Assembly: GCA_045538755.1 (NCBI GenBank)
Contig: JAZQEC010000002.1
Location: 117,740 to 181,739 of the forward strand
Length of the DNA: 64,000 nt
Source: Clostridia bacterium
GTDB lineage: Bacteria > Bacillota > Clostridia > UBA1381
Direction: 5' to 3'
Position numbers and translations under genes: made by a program. How positions within the stretch are numbered: position 1 is the stretch's first letter; each line of letters opens with the position of its first letter. Below are positions 26,425 to 36,233 of the stretch, one piece after another. The notes under the pieces are model-generated. The model searched no databases and was not told the DNA's origin. It saw only the letters and a list, made by a program, of their open reading frames with translations.

Positions 26425-26979
26425 ATGAAGAAAAAAGTATTATGTACGGCATTGGCGGTAATGATGCTGATGACAACCACGGCATCGGCAACTGCAAAAC
26501 CTTGGTGGCTCAGTAAATACCGAGTGACCTTCGACAATGAACTTGGAATCGTAGGAAATGTGACCTTAACCTTCGCATCGGACGGCGGAAACTTTATCAG
26601 ACCAAAAACCAAACGATACGGCGAGAGCATCAGCTTGGAGAGTTATATACCAACAAAATACGGATATACATTCAAGGGATGGTTCACTGATCCCCGAACA
26701 AAGCAAAATCAGGTAACAACATTCAAATTTACAAAGCCTGATGTTCTTTATGCGAAATGGGAAAAGAATCCGGAAGAACCCATAAATCCAAATGATGAAA
26801 TTATGGCAAAAGATACCTGCTACCTCACCGATGAGGAAACCAAAATAAGAAATGAAATCATAGAGGGAAAAAATAAAGCCTACATAGATGGATTTGGATA
26901 TGTGGCACCATCCAAAACAAAGACCATCATCGTAGACTCGGATGGTGATATAAATAAAATGGTCGGAACAATGGAATAA
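26425..26979 (+). CDS. Secreted protein with a Listeria-Bacteroides (Flg_new) repeat
   Basis: Signal peptide MKKKVLCTALAVMMLMTTTASATA; YGYTFKGWFTDPRTKQNQV...VLYAKW repeat signature. Confidence 0.6.
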   Translation: MKKKVLCTALAVMMLMTTTASATAKPWWLSKYRVTFDNELGIVGNVTLTFASDGGNFIRPKTKRYGESISLESYIPTKYGYTFKGWFTDPRTKQNQVTTFKFTKPDVLYAKWEKNPEEPINPNDEIMAKDTCYLTDEETKIRNEIIEGKNKAYIDGFGYVAPSKTKTIIVDSDGDINKMVGTME

Positions 26980-27128
26980 AATCAAATTTAAATGCAAATG
27001 TAACGGCAATAAAAGCCCGTTACAGAGCAAATCTACTGCAGGTAGGGTAACTTACCCCACCTGCACTTTTTATGCAAAGGAAAAGGCATTACATAAAGCG
27101 GTGTGCAGTATGTAATGCCTAATTTAGT

Positions 27129-27836
27129 TTAGATGGATTCAAGAAAGTTTTGGAACTTGTCTGGTGAAATTTCAGCTTTTTTATATTTCATACGATATTC
27201 CATAAGCATTTTGAGTTTAATGTGCAGTTCATTTTTTTGTTTTTCATCAGCACACTTCTTATGCTTGTAGTAGGTTGCCTGATATACTTTATCATATAAT
27301 AAAAGAAGATTGTCTGCTTGTTTGGTTTCTTTTGAGCGCTTCTTTGCTCCGTACTGCCTGCAGGCTTCGTTATCGCAATATTCCATAGTAGGATTATCCG
27401 CAAGGAAGAATTTTGAGCAACTTCCGCATTTTACGATAGGCATATTATTTGTCAGGGCATACATCATTTCCAAACGAAGAAAATCAAAAAAATCACTCAA
27501 ATAATACATATCAATGAATTGTATTGTTCCATCGTCATCGATGTTGCCTATGGTCTTAGTTACAGAGAATTTTGTTTTGCTTAATTTAAATTCCTCATCG
27601 CACAATAAATAACCCTCTATCCTTTTCTTCTTATCCTTGCTTGAAAAACAACGCTCAAGCATTTTAGTTGCTTCATCCTTTACTTTTTTCATATCAAGAT
27701 CTGGAAAGATTGTTTTTAGGTGTGTAGGAGCATCATTGGAAAGAACGCAAGCCGCTCCACCAATTGGTACAACATACGAGCCTTTTTCTGTAATGATTTT
27801 TTCTTCTCCATGACCAAATATAACTTCAAAATTCAT
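27129..27836 (-). CDS. Hypothetical protein with a Cys cluster (CGSC...CDNEAC)
   Basis: 235-aa ORF on the opposite strand with a hairpin terminator at 27084-27120; no enzymatic motif recognised. Confidence 0.5.
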   Translation of the reverse strand: MNFEVIFGHGEEKIITEKGSYVVPIGGAACVLSNDAPTHLKTIFPDLDMKKVKDEATKMLERCFSSKDKKKRIEGYLLCDEEFKLSKTKFSVTKTIGNIDDDGTIQFIDMYYLSDFFDFLRLEMMYALTNNMPIVKCGSCSKFFLADNPTMEYCDNEACRQYGAKKRSKETKQADNLLLLYDKVYQATYYKHKKCADEKQKNELHIKLKMLMEYRMKYKKAEISPDKFQNFLESI

Positions 27837-28173
27837 TTTTTATTCCTCACAATATTACAATATAGTTACAAAATCAAAAATACTTGACAAGATAATTTTA
27901 ATATGTTAGAATATCTTTACAAGATAATTGACGAACATATAATCCTGTAATTAGTATACCACAGAAAAGGATTGTTCGTCAAGAGTTTTGTGTATTTCTT
28001 TTGGAAGGAGAGGTTAAAATGTGGAATCAAAAATAAACAGTATTCAATTTTGCATTTACTTATTATCTTAAATTTAAATAGTTAACTTTCGAACCATCAT
28101 ATAGAAATCATCAGTAGGAGTATTTACAGAATTGATATATCAAAAGCCAAATCTATAAGAAAGGAGCAGCAGA

Positions 28174-28332
28174 ATGGCAAGAACAGAAAGGGAGTTGCCC
28201 ATAAACAATATATCTTATCAATTTGTGGGAACTGAAGAAGATTTGATTAAATTTTTGAAGGCAATTACCTTTGAGTATTTGACAGCAAATTATCCTGACA
28301 CAGAGGATGAAATGCACAAAGTAAGTGCATAA
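28174..28332 (+). CDS. Small hypothetical protein (52 aa)
   Basis: Hand-translated MARTERELPINNISYQFVGTEEDLIKFLKAITFEYLTANYPDTEDEMHKVSA. AAAGGAG RBS 6 nt upstream. TTGACA-17-TAGAAT promoter at 27884-27912. Confidence 0.4.
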   Translation: MARTERELPINNISYQFVGTEEDLIKFLKAITFEYLTANYPDTEDEMHKVSA

Positions 28333-28413
28333 CTTTGGTTAGGTATTGCGGCTGGATATATCAAAATGTTTGTGGTAATGTTGTCTTCAGAAAAAATCTG
28401 GAGGTGATATTAA

Positions 28414-29213
28414 GTGAGAGGATTTGCATATGGTCGTCTATCAAGAGACGAAGACAGCGAACAGGAATCCCTGAAAAATCAGGAAGATTTGGTCGTTGGA
28501 TTTATGAAGAAAGGGAACCATATAGTTATCGAAATAGGAATGGATGATAACTATACAGGAATGGATTTTGACAGACCGGGAATTAAGCGAATGTTTGAAC
28601 TGGCAAGAAACGGCGAGATTGATGCAGTATTCGTGAAAGACTTAACTGCACATCTCATAGAATTCGAGAGGAAATGCTTGACAAGATAGTACAAGCCGAG
28701 CTTGAAGGAATACGATTAGTATTCGATGACCTATGGGAGAATGTAGAGGCTGATGTCAAGAAATGGGCAGCAGGAAAATCTACAACAGAGAAAAGGCTCG
28801 AAAATCTTAAGCAAAGCATTTCGGATACAGAGCTTGAAATCCAGAAAATCCTTATGGAAAGGATTGAGGATAAACAGAATGCTGATATGTATGACAAGAT
28901 GATTGAGACAAGGCGAAATGACATTGAGAACTTTAAAAAGGAAGTTTATGAGATAGAAAACCTTGATAAAACAATCAAGGATAGAAAATCTACTCTCAAA
29001 CATTCCATAGAGTTACTCGATGATATCATAGCCGAAAACAACATCAGTAATGCAAACCTGCACCTGATGTTTGACAAAATCATCATTGAAGAAACGGGCG
29101 AAGGATTAAATCTTGACCTGAGATTAAAATCCCCGTTTATCAGCAAAGCAAAAGAGTCATTACTCAAGAAATATATGATAGTAGATAACCAAGTTTTACA
29201 GGAAGGAGCGTGA
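28414..29213 (+). pseudogene. Large serine recombinase remnant (internal deletion plus frame change)
   Basis: The N-terminal 77 aa look like a resolvase domain (FAYGRLSRDEDS nucleophile Ser; IDAVFVKDL), then read out of frame to a stop. ORF 28674-29213 in another frame is the coiled-coil C-terminal part. The recombinase and zinc-ribbon domains are missing. Confidence 0.65.
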
Positions 29214-29400
29214 GAATATGACAAGAAGAAATGATATGAAATCAATAATTATTGAGATGGCAGACAAGCTGTATCGTGAAGATACTAGCAGAAAAATCAA
29301 GCCGAGCAAAAAAGCGAACAAAAAATAATTGTTCGCATAGCGATACATAAACACCTGAAACAACAAAACACTTATAGGGAAATCCTATAAGTGTTTTGGG

Positions 29401-29485
29401 TGGTGCGGCTGAAGGGACTTGAACCCCCACGTCATTGACACTAGATCCTAAGTCTAGCGCGTCTGCCAATTCCGCCACAGCCGCA
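29401..29485 (-). tRNA. tRNA-Leu (anticodon UAG), CCA encoded, carried inside the island
   Basis: The reverse complement folds as a class II tRNA. Acceptor GCGGCTG/CAGCCGC, D arm GGCGGAATTGGCAGACGC, anticodon stem-loop CTAGA-CTTAGGA-TCTAG, long variable arm, T arm GGGGG-TTCAAGT-CCCTT, then ACCA. Confidence 0.9.
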
Positions 29486-29612
29486 TATTAAGTTTTACCT
29501 CTTAATTTTTACACGGTAGAGGTTACCCGAGGAGGAGCAAAAACGCTTAATCCTCATCTATGAAAACGGAAAAACCGTAATCAACAATTCTTTCACCGAG
29601 GTGGATGAAGCA

Positions 29613-29648
29613 AAGTCTAGCGCGTCTGCCAATTCCGCCACATCCGCA
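29613..29648 (-). pseudogene. Orphan 5' half of tRNA-Leu (acceptor, D arm, 5' anticodon stem), right junction of the island
   Basis: Differs at 1 of 36 positions from 29450-29485. Acceptor 5' strand GCGGATG pairs with CATCCGC of the left half at 7243-7293. Confidence 0.8.
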
Positions 29649-29764
29649 TTGATGCACCCCTTAAGGCACTCGTCTATTATAACAATTAAAGTGCAGTTTG
29701 TCAAGAGTTTTTCCGAAAATTTATATATTGTACTTGTATATTTTCAAAAATCATTTAAAATATT

Positions 29765-29938
29765 TTATTCAAATCTATTATTTTTAGGATTATATTCATA
29801 TCCAATTCCCAAAAGCTTTTTGCGGAGTTCATCTTCGTTTTCCGAAAGGTCATCGCATAGCTCGGAAAGCGATGAATAGAAGTCTCTTAATTTAGTGTTT
29901 ACAACACTTAAAAGTATTACTGGGTCTTTAGGAAGCAT
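29765..29938 (-). CDS. DUF4250-like small protein
   Basis: Hand-translated 57 aa MLPKDPVILLSVVNTKLRDFYSSLSELCDDLSENEDELRKKLLGIGYEYNPKNNRFE; starts 3 nt after the transporter stop. Confidence 0.6.
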   Translation of the reverse strand: MLPKDPVILLSVVNTKLRDFYSSLSELCDDLSENEDELRKKLLGIGYEYNPKNNRFE

Positions 29939-29940
29939 TT

Positions 29941-30822
29941 TTATTCTCCTTTTTTCTTGAGCTGTGAAATTATTATTCCGGCAAAAATCAAAATACAGCC
30001 GATATATCCTCGCATGGTAAATGTTTCATTTAAGAATAATGCACCGCCGACAGCACTGAACACACACTCTGTTGAAAGAATAATTGCCGCATAGTTAGGG
30101 TCTGCATCCTTTTGACCGACAACTTGACAGGTATATGCAACGCCTGTTGACATAAGTCCTGTATAAAGAATAGGAAAGGCGGTAAGAACAATGCCGCTCC
30201 AGGTTATGTTTTCGGTAAAGAGTGCAAAAAGAATATTTAGAAGACCACATACAGCAAATTGCATACTTGAAAATGTAATTGGGTTGATGCCGGAAACGTT
30301 TTTATCTACAACAAGAATATGTATTGTCCAGAAAAATGCACCGATTAAAACTACGACATCGCCCGCCTCGACAGTATCAAATCCTTCACCTGCACTTAAA
30401 AGGAAGAGTCCGGCTACGGCTAAAAGAGCCGCAAGCCATGTTTTAAAGCCTGTTTTGTTTCTCCATATAATCCATCCGAAAATTGGTACTAAAACTGTGT
30501 AAAGGCAAGTAATAAAACCGCTTTTTCCTGCATTGTGGTTCATACTGATTCCCTGTTGCTGGAGCGCTGATGCGACAAAAAGCGCCGTGCCTGCAAAAAG
30601 CGAAGCGGTAAGTGTTTTTTTTAATTTTTCTTTATCGGGCTTTTCTCGCTCAAAAAGTAAAATTACGGGAATGAGCGACAGAGAACCTATTAAAAATCTT
30701 ATACCGTTAAATGTGAAATTACCTATCACTTTGTTATCAACAGCAACTTGCGCAACAAACGCAAAACCCCATATAATTGCGGCTGTTAACATTATAAAAG
30801 TTGATTTTAGCTGTTTGCTCAT
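29941..30822 (-). CDS. DMT-superfamily (EamA-like) transporter
   Basis: 293 aa with about ten hydrophobic helices in two repeated halves. Confidence 0.75.
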   Translation of the reverse strand: MSKQLKSTFIMLTAAIIWGFAFVAQVAVDNKVIGNFTFNGIRFLIGSLSLIPVILLFEREKPDKEKLKKTLTASLFAGTALFVASALQQQGISMNHNAGKSGFITCLYTVLVPIFGWIIWRNKTGFKTWLAALLAVAGLFLLSAGEGFDTVEAGDVVVLIGAFFWTIHILVVDKNVSGINPITFSSMQFAVCGLLNILFALFTENITWSGIVLTAFPILYTGLMSTGVAYTCQVVGQKDADPNYAAIILSTECVFSAVGGALFLNETFTMRGYIGCILIFAGIIISQLKKKGE

Positions 30823-31029
30823 TTTTTATTATCTCCATATATTTTTAAATCATTATTTTTTATGTATAAATACACACTTCTGTCATTATAACACAAATTC
30901 TCCCAGATTTCCACCTTTTAGGCGGATTTTTGGACAAAAAACCTAACAAAAAAAGAATACATTTTATTTGTTCTTTTATAAATATTCACAAAAATGCATA
31001 AATATTTAAAAAGAGCACTAATTATTCGC

Positions 31030-31058
31030 TTGACAAATGCGGAATAATATGCAATAAT
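31030..31058 (+). promoter_or_regulatory. Sigma-A promoter of the arg operon
   Basis: TTGACA, a 17-nt spacer, then TGcAATAAT. Confidence 0.5.
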
Positions 31059-31103
31059 GGTATTTGTGGCAAATTGTATATTTATACATTGAGAGGTATT
31101 TTT

Positions 31104-32036
31104 ATGAAGAAAGTGTTTGTGGACGGAAGTGCCGGAACAACGGGTCTTAGAATTTTCGAGCGTTTAAGCAAAAGAGACGATATTGAATTGATTAAAATAA
31201 GTGAAGAAAACAGGAAAGATATAAGATACAGAAAAGAAGCTATCGAAAGTGCTGATGCGGCATTTTTGTGTTTGCCTGACGATGCAGCAAGAGAAATTGT
31301 CGCAGCAGTTGAAAGTGACAAGGTGAAAATTCTTGATACATCAACCGCACACAGAACCGATAAGGATTGGGCTTATGGCTTTGCAGAGCTTTCGTCAGAT
31401 TTTAAGGAAAAGATTAAATCTATGCAAAAAATTGCAGTCCCTGGCTGCCACGCAAGCGGTTTTGTATCTGTTGTATATCCGCTGGTTAGCGTAGGAATTT
31501 TGCCTAAGGATTATCCGCTCGTATGTTATTCGGTTACAGGTTATTCCGGCGGTGGTAAGAAGATGATTGCGGAATATGAAAATGAAGAAAGAGATAATGA
31601 GCTTTCTTCGCCACGTCAGTATGCACTTACTCAAAATCACAAGCATTTGAAGGAAATTAAAGAGATATGCTCACTTTCTAATAATCCGATTTTTGCGCCG
31701 ATTGTGGCTGATTTTTACAGCGGTATGGTGGTATCTGTTCCGCTTTTTGCAAGTATGCTAAAAGGAAATCCAACTGCCCTCAATATACATAAAATTTTCG
31801 AGCAGCACTATAAAGGACAAAAGGTTGTAAAAGTTATGCCTTTTGGAAAAGAAGGATTTTTGGGAAGTAATAATTTATCAGGTAAAGACTCTCTTGAAAT
31901 TGAGGTCACGGGAAATGACGAACGCATACTTATTGCTGCAAGATTTGATAATCTCGGAAAAGGCTCGTCGGGAGCGGCTATACAGTGCATGAACTTGGCT
32001 CTTGGATTTGAAGAAACAAAAGGACTTGATTTATAA
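31104..32036 (+). CDS. argC: N-acetyl-gamma-glutamyl-phosphate reductase
   Basis: MKKVFVDGSAGTTGLRI NAD-binding start and PGCHASG active-site Cys region; first gene of the argCJBDF cluster. Confidence 0.85.
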   Translation: MKKVFVDGSAGTTGLRIFERLSKRDDIELIKISEENRKDIRYRKEAIESADAAFLCLPDDAAREIVAAVESDKVKILDTSTAHRTDKDWAYGFAELSSDFKEKIKSMQKIAVPGCHASGFVSVVYPLVSVGILPKDYPLVCYSVTGYSGGGKKMIAEYENEERDNELSSPRQYALTQNHKHLKEIKEICSLSNNPIFAPIVADFYSGMVVSVPLFASMLKGNPTALNIHKIFEQHYKGQKVVKVMPFGKEGFLGSNNLSGKDSLEIEVTGNDERILIAARFDNLGKGSSGAAIQCMNLALGFEETKGLDL

Positions 32037-32060
32037 TACGTAGGAAGGATTGAATTTACT

Positions 32061-33275
32061 ATGAAAAAAATAAGCGGAGGAGTTTGTGCCGCAAAGGGAT
32101 TTTCGGCGGCTGGAATTCACGCAGGAATACGCAAAAATAAAACAAAGCTTGACCTTGCACTAATCGTAAGTGAAACACCGTGTACAGCGGCAGGCTGTTA
32201 CACACAAAACCTTGTTAAAGGTGCACCGATTTGTGTGACCAAAAATAATATTGAAGACGGCGTGGCACAGGCGATTGTCTGCAACAGCGGAAATGCAAAT
32301 ACCTGCAATGCAGACGGTATTGAAGTTGCGGAGAGGATGTGCCGTATAGTTGCGGATAATACTGATATAAAGGCAGAAGATGTTGTAGTCGCATCAACAG
32401 GCGTAATCGGACTTCCTCTTGACACAACACCAATTAAAAATGCAATGCCTGAGCTTGTAAGCATTTTAAAGACTGACGGAAGCCAGCAGGCGGCAAATGC
32501 AATTATGACTACCGATACAGTTCCAAAAGAAATTGCATTTGAATTTACTGTGGGCGGAAAGTCATGCCATATCGGCGGAATTGCAAAAGGCTCAGGTATG
32601 ATTCATCCCAATATGGCTACAATGCTTGTATTTATTACAACCGATGTAAATATTTCGTCGCAAATGCTTAATAAAGCACTCTCCAGCGACGTCAAGGATA
32701 CATTTAATATGATAAGCATTGACGGCGACACATCAACTAATGATATGGTGGTAGTGCTTGCAAACAAGCAGGCAGAAAACGCAGAAATTGACAGCGAAGG
32801 CGAAGATTTTGATGCATTTTGCGCAGCTTTAAACGCCGTTACAAAAGACCTTTGCCGCAGAATTGCAAAGGACGGCGAAGGTGCTACAAAGCTTTTACAA
32901 TGCCATGTTACAGGCGCAATTACAGAGCGTGATGCAAAAACGGTTGCTAAAAGTGTAATTACTTCATCACTTTTTAAGGCGGCGATGTTCGGTGCCGATG
33001 CTAACTGGGGAAGAATACTTTGTGCAGTCGGCTATTCAGGTGCAAATCTTGACATTACAAAGATTGATGTTTCACTATCTTCTAAGGCTGGTACAATTTT
33101 GGTTTGCAAAAACGGAAGTGGAGTGGAGTTTTCAGAAGAGATTGCAAAAACTATTTTGGTAGAAGACGAAATAGGAATTGAAATTGTGCTTGGCGACGGA
33201 GATTTTGAAGCAACTGCATGGGGCTGTGACCTAACTTATGACTATGTAAAAATTAATGGCGATTACCGTACTTGA
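32061..33275 (+). CDS. argJ: Bifunctional ornithine acetyltransferase / N-acetylglutamate synthase
   Basis: HPNMATMLVFITTD autoprocessing-site motif, 404 aa, arg operon context. Confidence 0.9.
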   Translation: MKKISGGVCAAKGFSAAGIHAGIRKNKTKLDLALIVSETPCTAAGCYTQNLVKGAPICVTKNNIEDGVAQAIVCNSGNANTCNADGIEVAERMCRIVADNTDIKAEDVVVASTGVIGLPLDTTPIKNAMPELVSILKTDGSQQAANAIMTTDTVPKEIAFEFTVGGKSCHIGGIAKGSGMIHPNMATMLVFITTDVNISSQMLNKALSSDVKDTFNMISIDGDTSTNDMVVVLANKQAENAEIDSEGEDFDAFCAALNAVTKDLCRRIAKDGEGATKLLQCHVTGAITERDAKTVAKSVITSSLFKAAMFGADANWGRILCAVGYSGANLDITKIDVSLSSKAGTILVCKNGSGVEFSEEIAKTILVEDEIGIEIVLGDGDFEATAWGCDLTYDYVKINGDYRT

Positions 33276-33297
33276 TTGATGAAAGGATTTTGGGAAA

Positions 33298-34149
33298 ATG
33301 AATATTGAAAATAAAGATCGCGCTAAAATTCTGATTGAAGCACTTCCGTATATACAAAAGTACAATGATAAGATTATTGTTATCAAATACGGCGGAAATG
33401 CCATGATTAACGAAGAACTTAAAAATGCCGTTATGGGCGATATTGTGCTTTTGTCACTGATTGGTGTTAAAGTGGTGCTTATTCATGGCGGTGGCCCTGA
33501 AATTACAGGAATGCTCAATAAAATCGGAAAGAAAACAGAGTTCATTGACGGACTTCGTGTTACCGACCGTGAAACAGTTGATGTGTGCCAAATGGTTTTA
33601 TCAGGCAAGATTAACAAAGGTCTCGTAAACCTTATTCAGAATATGGGCGGAAAAGCTATGGGACTTTGCGGCTGTGACGGTCATATTATAAAGGCTGAAA
33701 AGCTTGACGACAAGCTTGGCTATGTCGGCAAAATTACAGAGGTAAATATCCAGCCTGTTTTAGACGTTCTTGATAAGGGATATATCCCTGTCATCTCAAC
33801 AATCGGCTGTGATGATGAAAATAATATTTACAATATCAATGCAGATACTGCAGCATCAAAGATTGCAGGAATGCTTAAGGCTGAGTGTCTTATCTCTATG
33901 ACAGATATCAGAGGCCTTCTCCGTGATAAGGACGATGAAAATTCACTTATTCCTGTTGTTCAGGTGAGTGAAGCTCCACAGCTTATGAGTGAGGGAATTA
34001 TTTCCGGAGGAATGATTCCAAAGGTGGATTGCTGTACAGAAGCGGTGCGTCAGGGAGTGAACAAGGTATTTATGATTGACGGACGTGTACCGCATTCAAT
34101 TTTATTAGAAGTTTTAACAGATGAAGGTATCGGGACGATGTTCGTTTAA
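33298..34149 (+). CDS. argB: Acetylglutamate kinase
   Basis: VIKYGGNAM and LIHGGGPEI motifs. Confidence 0.9.
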   Translation: MNIENKDRAKILIEALPYIQKYNDKIIVIKYGGNAMINEELKNAVMGDIVLLSLIGVKVVLIHGGGPEITGMLNKIGKKTEFIDGLRVTDRETVDVCQMVLSGKINKGLVNLIQNMGGKAMGLCGCDGHIIKAEKLDDKLGYVGKITEVNIQPVLDVLDKGYIPVISTIGCDDENNIYNINADTAASKIAGMLKAECLISMTDIRGLLRDKDDENSLIPVVQVSEAPQLMSEGIISGGMIPKVDCCTEAVRQGVNKVFMIDGRVPHSILLEVLTDEGIGTMFV

Positions 34150-34169
34150 TTGGCGAAAGGATTGATTTG

Positions 34170-35327
34170 ATGAATACAAAAGAGCTTGACAAAGAATATG
34201 TCGCAGGCACTTATGCAAGGTTTGATGTAGCGATTAAAAGTGGCAAAGGCAGTACGCTTTATGATGAGGACGGTAAGGAATATGTTGACTTTGGAAGCGG
34301 TATCGCTGTAAATGCGTTTGGTATATGTGATGATGAATGGAAGCAGGCAATAATATCACAGCTTGACAAAATTCAGCATACCTCAAATCTCTACTATAAT
34401 GAAAACGGCGCCCAACTGGCTGAATTGCTTTGCACAAAAACAGGAATGAGAAAGGTGTTCTTTTCAAATTCAGGAGCAGAGGCAAACGAATGTGCAATAA
34501 AGGTTGCAAGAAAATACGGAACCGACCAAAATCCTGAAAAGAATGTTATAATTACTCTTGAAAACAGCTTTCACGGAAGAACAATAACTACTCTTTCTGC
34601 AACAGGACAAGAGGTTTTTCATAAAAACTTCACTCCGTTTACCGAAGGATTTATACACGTGCCTGTAAATGATGTTTCAGCGCTTTATAATGCGATTTCT
34701 GACAAGGTTGCCGCAATTATGATTGAAACGGTGCAGGGTGAAGGCGGCGTAAATGTTCTTGAAAAGGAATTTTTAGCTGCGATTGAAGAAATCACAACGA
34801 AAAATGATATTCTTTTAATCGTAGACGAAGTACAGACAGGAAACGGCAGATGCGGAGCAATGTATTCTTATATGAAGCTCGGAATTACTCCTGATATTGT
34901 CTCAACTGCAAAAGGATTAGCAGGCGGACTCCCAATGGGTGCAACACTGCTTGGCGATAAAGTGGAAAATACACTTACTGCCGGAACACACGGCTCGACA
35001 TTTGGTGCAAACCCTGTTTGTGCGGCAGCGGCAATTAGTGTTGTTTCAAGACTGGACGACGAATTTTTAAAGGCTGTAAGCCAAAAAGGCGACTACATAA
35101 AATCAGAGCTTGAAAAAATAAACGGCGTTAAGTCTGTAAGCGGTATGGGACTTATGATAGGCGTTGAAGTAGAAAAAACAGCGTCGGACGTAGTGAAAAA
35201 ATGTATCGAAAAAGGACTTTTGGTGCTTACTGCAAAAACGAAGGTACGTCTTTTGCCGGCACTTAATATAACAAAGGAAGAAATTGACAAGGGAATTGCA
35301 ATTTTGAAGGAGGTAATTGAAGAATGA
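34170..35327 (+). CDS. argD: Acetylornithine aminotransferase
   Basis: SNSGAEANE, DEVQTGNGRCG and STAKGLAGG (PLP Lys) class-III aminotransferase motifs. Confidence 0.85.
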   Translation: MNTKELDKEYVAGTYARFDVAIKSGKGSTLYDEDGKEYVDFGSGIAVNAFGICDDEWKQAIISQLDKIQHTSNLYYNENGAQLAELLCTKTGMRKVFFSNSGAEANECAIKVARKYGTDQNPEKNVIITLENSFHGRTITTLSATGQEVFHKNFTPFTEGFIHVPVNDVSALYNAISDKVAAIMIETVQGEGGVNVLEKEFLAAIEEITTKNDILLIVDEVQTGNGRCGAMYSYMKLGITPDIVSTAKGLAGGLPMGATLLGDKVENTLTAGTHGSTFGANPVCAAAAISVVSRLDDEFLKAVSQKGDYIKSELEKINGVKSVSGMGLMIGVEVEKTASDVVKKCIEKGLLVLTAKTKVRLLPALNITKEEIDKGIAILKEVIEE

Positions 35328-36229
35328 AGCATTTACTGAAATTATCAGATCTTACAAGTGAAGAGATTGTTGAAATTTTAAATCTTGCAGATCAACTTAA
35401 ATACGAAAAGAAAAACGGAATTGAACATAAGCATCTAAAAGGAAAGTCGCTTGGTATGATTTTTGAAAAGTCGTCTACAAGAACCCGTGTTTCTTTTGAA
35501 GTGGGAATGTATGAGCTGGGAGGAAATCCGATGTTCTTAAGCTCAAACGACCTGCAAATCGGAAGAGGCGAGCCTGTGGAGGATACAGCAAGAGTTTTAT
35601 CACGTTTTGTTGATGGAATTATGATAAGAACTTTTGCACAAGAGGAAGTTGAAGCACTTGCAAAATACGGCAGTATTCCGATTATTAACGGACTTACTGA
35701 CTATGCACATCCGTGTCAGGTGCTTGCGGACCTTTTAACAATCCGTGAGCATAAGGGTAAACTTGCAGGGTTAAAGCTCTGCTTTGTCGGAGACGGAAAT
35801 AATATGGCAAACTCGCTTATCGTCGGCTGTATCAAGAGCGGTATGAGTGTTGCAATCGCTTGTCCTGATACTAATAAGCCGGATAGTGATATTATGGCTT
35901 GGGCAGCAGAAAACGGTGATTTTGTATGCACTTCGGATATTAAGGCTGCAATTTCAGGTGCAGATGTTGTTTATACTGACGTTTGGGCATCTATGGGTCA
36001 GGAAGCTGAAGCTGAACAGCGCAAGAAAATTTTTGCGGGATATCAGGTTAATGAAGAAAATATGGCTCTTGCAAATGACGGTGCAATGGTGCTTCATTGT
36101 CTGCCTGCGCACAGAGGCGAAGAAATAACAGCTGAAACATTTGAAAAGCACGCCGATGAAATTTTTGATGAGGCAGAAAACCGTCTGCACGCACAAAAAG
36201 CAGTGCTTGTTATGCTAATGAAGGATTGA
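35324..36229 (+). CDS. argF: Ornithine carbamoyltransferase
   Basis: SSTRTRVSFE carbamoyl-phosphate motif and HCLPAHRGEE. Confidence 0.9.
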   Translation: MKHLLKLSDLTSEEIVEILNLADQLKYEKKNGIEHKHLKGKSLGMIFEKSSTRTRVSFEVGMYELGGNPMFLSSNDLQIGRGEPVEDTARVLSRFVDGIMIRTFAQEEVEALAKYGSIPIINGLTDYAHPCQVLADLLTIREHKGKLAGLKLCFVGDGNNMANSLIVGCIKSGMSVAIACPDTNKPDSDIMAWAAENGDFVCTSDIKAAISGADVVYTDVWASMGQEAEAEQRKKIFAGYQVNEENMALANDGAMVLHCLPAHRGEEITAETFEKHADEIFDEAENRLHAQKAVLVMLMKD

Positions 36230-36233
36230 TAAA

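Larger units (their letters stand above)
7294..29612. mobile_element. 22.3-kb integrative mobilizable island inserted in the anticodon loop of tRNA-Leu
   Basis: Flanked by complementary tRNA halves that share only AA. The island ends form 17/19 inverted arms around AA. Contains a relaxase, two recombinase genes (one decayed) and its own tRNA-Leu. Confidence 0.7.

Noticed and set aside
29601-29879. 92-aa plus-strand ORF
   Set aside because: It begins inside the orphan tRNA half and runs antisense to the DUF4250-like gene, which has a recognisable conserved sequence.
30975-31008. Possible tandem ArgR/AhrC boxes (tttataaatattca and tgcataaatattta) upstream of the arg promoter
   Set aside because: They match the TGAAT-wwww-ATTCA core at only 8/10 positions each, in a very AT-rich region. 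This cannot be told apart from chance without a scoring matrix, so it is left uncalled.
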